This document shows, piece by piece, positions 37,845-46,593 of a DNA stretch of 46,593 nt. The DNA comes from Spirogloea muscicola. Lineage: Eukaryota. The position numbers and the translations under genes are program-made. The notes under the pieces are model-generated. The model worked only from the letters and a program-made list of their open reading frames with translations, searched no databases and was not told where the DNA came from. The DNA lies in the NCBI GenBank assembly GCA_009602725.1, contig WELB01000001.1, positions 217,422 to 264,014 on the forward strand, given 5' to 3'. Every line of letters begins with the position of its first letter. The first letter of the stretch is position 1.

Positions 37845-37876
37845 CAAGGGTAGCACCAGGCCTGGTGCTACCCTTG
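37845..37876. repeat. Perfect 32-bp palindrome
   Basis: caagggtagcaccagg|cctggtgctacccttg, with no spacer. Confidence 0.95.
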
Positions 37877-38566
37877 CTTTCCCCACTCTGTGGCATCAAC
37901 TTGAGCATCCCTTGACTGGGTGTGTAATCGTCATTTATGATCAATCTGCTCGCACTTTGTCAAGCAAGCCATGTATGCGTGCCTTCTGCTAGGCATGGGT
38001 TCTGAGCTCTGGTAGAAATGTTTGCTGCTGTCCCTTAGAAGTCCTGGGCATGGTGCACCACCGCCAATGCCTCTCGCCTGGCAACCATCCTGCTCAGAAG
38101 GACGGCCCAGAAGGAGCACATGCTGAATAGAGAGTGGAGCAAAGGATGGCAATAGGCGGCAAAGAGGAATAAAAGAGCACCCTTTACTAGTTGATAGGGA
38201 AGCCCTCCGCCATGCAGCTGTGCAGCTCTACCAAGGGCCCGGATGGGCATTCAGGTCCGACTCTTTGACTTTGCCATGCTCCAGCAGAAGATGCTGCTTG
38301 CCGATCTCAACTGCAAGCTTAGAGTGGCATCCAACCTTGACGAACCCATGCCTTCAGGCTGGAAGCTGCTGCAATGCCGACACGTTGATGGATCCTGCCG
38401 CCAATCGTAGATTGCTTATACATATCCTGCTCGGCCTGAGTACAACCAGCGCCACTGCTTTGTCCAACACCTTCAAGTAGGGGGTGTTGAAGATGAGGTC
38501 GCATGAGACTAACTGTTCCTAACGTCATGCTGAGCCCGTTACCTTGCTCAATTGCTCATGCCTGGA

Positions 38567-40051
38567 TCACTCAACGTGATGACCTCCAAGTCCTCCCATG
38601 AATTGGTCAGGGTCTGGGCAGGCGCCGTTGACGTTGGCACCCGAGAAATCAAAGCCAGGATGCTGCATCAACGAGCTTCAATTTTCATTAACATGCCGAC
38701 ATGCTGAACACACTTGTCCAACTTGAAAGACAGAACCCATTCACTAGCTGCCACGCTTTGCTCAGAGTACCAAAAGAAGCAGTTAACAAGTGCAAACAGC
38801 CAAATGCACTGCTTGCTAAATGTCATGGCCGCATTGGCGATTGCTCATAAATTTCAAGCACGTTAAAGGCAGCGAGAAATTGTAGCATCCAGTTGCCTAG
38901 TGCAATCAAATGGCACGGCAAGCAATAATTGAAAGTACCTCTAGCTGACAACGTTCCAGAAGTAGGCGCCGCTTTTCCATATCAGCAGAGTAGGGATCAA
39001 GCTGGCCTTGTCCCGCTAGAGGGGTTGTCCAAGAGTGAGCCTTCTCGACCTTCTGTAAGGTGACATGCAAAACACCGTCCTCTGCATGATCGTAACCGAA
39101 ATTTGGCTTCAGCATATGCCACAACTGCCCTGAAGAAAGGACATCAAGAGCTTTCACCCACTGCGCAGCGAATGCTCAAGCTGGTGATTGGGGATGGAGT
39201 GATGGCAACAGGACTCATAAGTGTTACCTATCGTCCAGAAAGACTCGGACGATTTCACTGCCGCCTCCAGAACATGCTGTTGTCATGGCCCACCCATCTG
39301 CTCAGTCAGAACGGAGGTTCGTACAGCTTCCGACGATTGTTAGCACTTCAGCACGTGAGTTCCGATGTACATAGCACTCTTAATGCTCTCATATCTCTCA
39401 GAGTCAATAGCAATTCCACAATAATTCCTCAGTTACTTGCGCTGAGGGAACTCTTGACCTGCCAGTCAAGGCCACGGATCCAGGAAGCTAGACTTGAGTT
39501 TCATCACATCTCACAAAGGCCAGAATGTAGAGAACAATGGGGCTGCTGATATTAGAAGAGCGGCTGTAAAAGGCCAGCCAGAATGTAAGCATGGTAGGCC
39601 CCCCTGCCCCATTCAAGCGGCGTCCTGGCCGATTCTCTGCTTGCTTCCTCAGTGCGGTCCAGTCTCTCCCAAACCCAGACCAACAAATAGAGGCAGGCGT
39701 GAAGGATGAGAGGTGGTGAGCGCACATCAAGGTAGCGGCTGGAGGCGCCCTTGAGGCCGACTGCGATGCTGCGGGGCGCTATGTCGCAGAAGACCTGGCG
39801 TGCGTGCGCGCCTGGCGGCAGCGGCACGTACAGGTTCACCTCCTCCACCGTCTGGTCCCACTCCAGCACCACCCGCCCTGCGGCCGGACGGCCAAGGATG
39901 TCCTTCGTCACGACCAATATGCAGCACAGGGTGCCTGCTGCCGGGCGTGGAAAGGAAAGGAAAGGAACGGAACGGCTGGCCGGGCCGCCCTGTGCGGCGC
40001 ACCTTGATGCACGAGCTCGTGCCGCGCCGTTGGCGCGAGCTTCTCCGCCAT
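38567..40051 (-). CDS. NUDCD2: NudC domain-containing protein 2-like (CS/p23-fold Hsp90 co-chaperone), 5 exons
   Basis: MAEKLAPTARHELVHQG|RVVLEWDQTVEEVNLY, ESFWTI|EDGVLHVTLQK and RLLLERCQLE|HPGFDFSGA..G.CPDP..FMGG. Confidence 0.92.
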
Positions 40052-40229
40052 GCCCGCGGCGCGGGCTGCAGCATCGCCGACGGCGGGGCTGCGGACGCCG
40101 GCGGCGGGAGATCGACGGCCCTTGCGGAGAAGATTGGGTGGGCTTGAACGATATGCAGCTTTCGGGCATCATTTACCCGTCTTTACTTGCTGCCTACCTC
40201 TCTTCTGTCCCTACCACAAGTGTACTTGC

Positions 40230-40810
40230 TGGGTTCTGGTCGAGCGTTAGCTGGTGGCACAAGGGCTTGTCAGTTGCCGTTCAGTATTCGGGCATCGGTT
40301 AGCGACTTCAACGAGCGGGGGGGGAAGCGCGGCCAGATTGACTGGTGGCTGGGAAAGGCCAGCCCAAAGAATGGACAAAGACTGAGGGAGCCTGAGTGCG
40401 AGCTGACTCGTGGTTCCAGAGCTGGTCTGCTTAGCAGCAGGTATTGTACATCGAGGAAGAAAGTGCTCGCCCATTGAGGATAGGGGCTGGAAAAGCCAGC
40501 CCAAAAAGAATGAACCGAGAAGGGGGCCAGGGGAAGCGCTAAGAGAAACAAGCACACAACACAGACATCTGTCGATTTGCTTGCCTTGGTACCTGGCCAC
40601 TCATCGGCTGTAAACTGCCAGCCAGATGCATACAGGTGTTCATGGCGGAGCCAAAGGCTAGGCAGACAGGGCGCCCTCAAAAGTAGGAAGTCAAATGAGC
40701 TGAGGGGAGGAAGAGCAACCCCGCCGCGCAAACCAGAGGCCCGACGATGCACAGCACTCGCCTGGGACCGCTGTAGGCACAATGATAAACGCATTCGGCA
40801 TATGGCAGTA
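40230..40810. mobile_element. Nested retrotransposon remnants filling the NUDCD2-ERV1 divergent interval
   Basis: The plus-strand host copy (GRALAGG..SVSDFNELTRG plus UTR) is split by two antisense termini, each with a 5-bp duplication. Minus-strand RMRLSLCLQRSQASAVH at about 40700-40805. Confidence 0.85.
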
Positions 40811-40848
40811 GCTCAGCCAGCTCCTGCGCAGCTGCAGCCTCCCGAGCG

Positions 40849-42989
40849 ATGGCAGCGCCGCCTGCAGGGCCCCTCGACGCCGCGCGCGCCGCATGGGACG
40901 ACCTCCGCCGCCGCGCCGCCGCCGCCTCCGCCGGCGCCAGGTCCGCGCGGCTGGCCGCTCGCTCAAGCCCTCAACCCGCGGCCACTTCGGCCGCAGGAGC
41001 GGCCGCTTCTGTTCGTTCGGCGCTCGCTCATGGCGCTTGACGTGCACCGTCTCCAATTTTGACGAGGCCTCAAGGCCGGCCTGCTGGCCGCGCGTTCCGG
41101 ACATTCCCGCAGGTGGCAGCTTGCGCGGCTCTTCGTGCAAGCTCTCCCGGGCCGGGCCAGGGGGGACAACGGCGGCCAGGCGGTCATGGCGGCAGGGCCC
41201 CATTACGACGACAGGATGGGCTCGCAGCGCCCTCGCTCCCGGAGGCGCAGCGTGCACCCAGCAAGCAAGGCCGTCGTGGAGGTTGCGGTACCTGCCACCG
41301 GCGGCAAGCCCGGGGCCCCCTGGCTCGAGGCGAGCCGCGCATCTGCCGGCCAGGACCGCTATGGCGGCATCTCGCCGGCTGCCACAGACCAGGTCGGCGT
41401 CATCAAGCAGCATATCCATTGTCGCATAGCCGTCCTGGCAGCTCTAAGGTAGGCAGGCGCCGGCTCGGCCTGCAGTTCAGCCAGACATGACAGCCTGGGT
41501 GGCTGGCGAGGTTGGCTTGTTGTACGTCGCTGTGGCTGAGTCAAATTTGAGAAGGCTGCCCAATTTGCAGTCACGGCAGCAGACTTCCTCATATTGCTCG
41601 CTGTGATCCAGGCTTGGGACGCTGATGCGGGCTACCTCGACAGGCTGCCGCCACCTCCACGGGCACATGACGAGCTCGAGTATGACTTTAGTGCGGGGCT
41701 GGCGCACAGCCAGGCAAGGTCTTCCCCAGCACACTCGTTGCAAGCTAGAACACAGATTGTCATACAGTTGTGCTGTTGTCTAGGAGGATTATCTTTGGAA
41801 TTCTGTAATTGAGGCCGCACCTTCGTAACTGGCATTGCAGTCGCATGAGCGCTCTGGTGGTGCTGTCACAAGAGAAGAGCTGGGGGTTTCGACGTGGACG
41901 CTTCTGCACACGCTGGCTGCTCAGGTGAGGCTTAATTTCTTGCCACTGTGTGCTGCCTAGTGGCTCCTCGCTTGCAGCCCACTGCATGTGATCTGCTTGG
42001 TACGAGGAACCTGCACAAGTTTTGCGAAGCTGGCTCAAGCACAGGCGTGAGCCAAAGTTGAGCATGCATGATGCCCTTCCTGGAGAAAAAGTGGAAGACT
42101 CCAATCAGCATGCATATCGTCACTAATACTTCCGTCGAAGATGTTGCTGGTCAGTGTGTGCTATTGTGTCATTAGTGGGCATGTGTGTGCTGACTTTCAA
42201 CCATACTGATGGCAGTTTCCCGACAGGCCCACCAAACAGCAGCAGAGGGATGTGAAAGACTTGGTATGCAGGACAGAGTGGTGTCTACAGCAAACTTGCA
42301 GTCACTTCCTTCCTTGCCACCCTCCTTGAGCATCCTACATAGTGCTGCTAAGTTGCGGTGGACTGCCTGCATGTCAAAAGGTGCTCATTAAGGCTCGAAG
42401 CACTTGCAGGTGGGTCTAAGTAGACAACATGGCAAGTTCATGCGGAGCTACTTGTCTTGCGCAGATGGGCCTGATGACAAGGATATATCCTTGCAAGCAA
42501 TGTGCGGACCATTTCAAAGAAGTACTCAAGTGCGTTGCTACACTCTCCAATCCGGAAACTCATACATCAACGCTCTGCAGGAAGTCGATGGAATAGTATG
42601 TCTTGTTTTCGATAGCATGAGAAAGCCATTGTTGTTCCTTGTCTTCTATTTCTGCATTCTGGCTCATGGAATCTTCAGTTGATGAAGTGGCTGATCTTGG
42701 TGCTAGTCCTCTAAGCACAGGTCCAGTCCACCTCAAACAGGTTCAGGAGTTGAGCTTGCACAGTGGATGTGCAGGGTTCACAACATCGTCAACCGGAGGT
42801 AATCCTTGACTTGGCAAGCTCTCACGCTTTGCGGTTGCCCTCTGCTGATTTTTCAGCACTGATCCTTCGACTTTGAATGCATTTGCGTGCAGCCTCGATA
42901 AGCCTCAGTTTCCATGCCGCCAAGTCGATGCTCGATGGGGTGCACTGGATTGCGGCGAGGAGGGGGCCTGCAGCCTGGAGGGGCGTTGA
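40849..42989 (+). CDS. ERV1: ERV1/ALR FAD-linked sulfhydryl oxidase, multi-exon
   Basis: VTREELGVSTWTLLHTLAAQ|FPDRPT, IYPCKQCADHF (CxxC), WMCRVHNIVNRS|LDKPQFPC..VDARWG and a plant-type C-terminal shuttle Cys pair. The N-terminal exons are less certain. Confidence 0.92.
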
Positions 42990-43547
42990 TCCTGGACTTC
43001 AGCACCGCTGCAGAGACAGTGCACACGCGTGACGATAATGCCTTTTTTCACAGCGTTTTAAGTGCCGTAGAGAAGGCACTGTGGAGACATTTTAAAAGGG
43101 ATTGATCGGCTGCCAAGCTGTCAGCAACACTCTTGCTCAATTCCCTCCTAGCTGCCGCTTCCAATTCCTATGAATGCTGGCAATCAATCCTTGAGGAGAC
43201 AGGACGGCTTATGCCCTAATTGCTTAAACAGTGAAATTCGAGCGGAGGTGACCCATCCCAGCGAAATGGCAGAAACTTCTGAGATGCGCGCATACCTGCA
43301 GAGGCTTGCAGATGCTTCCAGAGCAGGCTGTTCGTGCACCCGCCGTCGCCAATGTCAGACGCCACGTTGGCGTGGGCAGCATGCGGGAGCGTGTCATCGT
43401 AGCCAAATTGATGGCGTTGCGAGCAGATTGCGGGACCTCCTGGGGGGAGTAGCTTCTTCTAGGGGGGAAGGGCAGGGGGCAAAAAAGGCGGGAAGGAGGA
43501 GGCCGGGCGTGGGCGGGGAGGGGCCCCTTCTACTTTCGAAGAAGCCC

Positions 43548-43773
43548 TTTGGCGCCAAGCTTTCATCCGCAGTTAAGTCAGGTTGTTAAGTCATCCCCGC
43601 CCGGAGAGCGCATTTCACGTGATTTCAGGGGGGCCCCGCTTGTGCCCCCATACCACGATTTCCGCACGCCATGTCACTCGTCAGACTCACTGCATGAAAC
43701 ATTCAGATAAGTGACGGTTAGGATTAACATCGCCCGTAGACCGACAGTTTGCGCTCTGACATCACCCGCCAAA
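43548..43773. promoter_or_regulatory. Candidate E2F sites upstream of PCNA
   Basis: TTTGGCGC at 43548-43555 (inside palindromic ttggcgccaa) and TTTGGCGG on the minus strand at 43766-43773. E2F control of PCNA promoters is established in plants and animals. Confidence 0.55.
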
Positions 43774-43816
43774 AACGGGGATGGGGGAGCTCGAGCTCGG
43801 GCCGCCGTGAGAGCTT

Positions 43817-45440
<1,624 letters not shown>

Positions 45441-45889
45441 GATCCTGTTTGTCCTTCTTTACCATTCCTGTAGTAGGCACACAGGCATAGCGATACCTTG
45501 TACCTCTGCACAATGGGAGGACAGACTCGCTGGGCGCACATCACATACGAGACTTAGGACCCACTAGTATTACAAACAGCTTGGTAGTCCTCGGCTATGA
45601 GACATTTTGCACCCTGAAGAGGGTCTTGAACGAATCTGCTCTGTCAAGCAAGCCAGCATGCTGTCCACGACTTGCAAGAACGATGATCTACCCGTGTAGG
45701 CCTCAACCACATCCAGTCGTGACAAAGAGATGAAATATGTACATGGAAGCTTCTCCTAAGAAGACTGCTGAAGTTTCCAAGTCGTCTCTTGATTCAATCT
45801 TGTGTAAGCTCCACAATCTTGCGAAAGCCAAGAGAATGACTTCATCCTGGCCATACAATCCAATGTCTGAGGGAGCTGCACCAGTGCTT

Positions 45890-46526
45890 CTAGCCCAAAT
45901 CGATTGTTCTGCCTTCCATTGTCCGAGGAGGAGCCATGGTGCCAAACTTCATCAGATGGTATGCCTCGTACAAGGGACGCAGCTGGATCACAAGCTGCGC
46001 GTCTATGTAGCTGTCGCAGGCGAAGCACCACACGGACAGATCCCTGCACGATCACAGTCAATGCGTGCCAAAGCGCCAGAATGAGAGGATAGGCAACAGG
46101 CCATCAAGTGCATGGCAGTATGCATGCACGGCGCAGGCTGTGTGCTGGGCGAGCGATGGCGACGAGAACGGCCGCTCGAGAAGTGGCGACCAACGTCTCG
46201 GCTCGATCACGCGGAATTGAGTTCCGCACCTGAAGCCGAGCGCCAAGGGGTGGCCGGACTCATCGGCGTGCTGCCATATGTGGCCGTTGACGAAGCGGCC
46301 GCAGAGGACGCGGCAGCAGGAGAGGCACACCCAGTTCTCGGCGCCGTCCGAGCACCTGAGCAGTGTGCCCCCGAGCGTGAGGCGGCGAGGCCTGCGCGGG
46401 CGAGGGTTCGGGGTTTAAGAGGGCCGGGGAGGCCGGCGGGAGCGGCGGCGGCGGACCTGGCGCACGGCGCGTCGAAGCGGGGGAGGCCCTGCGGCGCCGC
46501 CGTCGCAGCGTCGCCGGCGTGCGGGC

Positions 46527-46529
<3 letters not shown>
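45890..46529 (-). CDS. zf-UBP (HDAC6 BUZ-like ubiquitin-binding zinc finger) protein, 5'-partial
   Basis: SCPH...PCAR|CSDGAENWVCLSCCRVLCGRFVNGH..H....GHPLALGFR|DLSVWCFACDSYI..HLMKFG. The start is hidden by the terminal homopolymer. Confidence 0.88.

Positions 46530-46593
<64 letters not shown>
46530..46593. repeat. Poly(T) run of at least 64 nt at the window end
   Basis: Read directly. Confidence 0.95.

Noticed and set aside
37930..38320. Possible decayed retroelement N-terminal region (LLLGRPS resembling LLLGRVP at about 7390)
   Set aside because: Similarity is too short to support without an alignment search.

Overview
Eukaryotic, intron-rich, GC-rich genomic DNA. The proteins belong to plant-type families and the introns are short GT-AG type, so a streptophyte green alga is likely (inference). 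I reconstructed 12 spliced genes by hand. In order: acyl-protein thioesterase (-), FAM204A-like (+), an unrecognised MGxxxS protein (+), lipin/PAH (+), cytosolic aldolase (-), glycine cleavage H (+), SGF29 (+), typical 2-Cys peroxiredoxin (-), NudC-domain protein (-), ERV1 (+), PCNA (+) and a partial zf-UBP protein (-). The most striking signal is non-genic. Every visible 5'/promoter region (8 of 8) carries 5'-truncated pieces of RLE-type (CRE-like) non-LTR retrotransposons. These include ORF ends reading SDL.{1,2}LTRGY*, shared 3' UTRs, and two kinds of hairpin-bearing 3' terminus ending in TTCT-type tails rather than poly(A). The pieces range from about 1.4 kb down to 5-30 nt, are often nested in each other, and several have clear target-site duplications. 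One 22-bp duplication ends at position -1 of the peroxiredoxin ATG. I saw none in introns or between convergent genes. All alignments were done by eye and no database search was possible.
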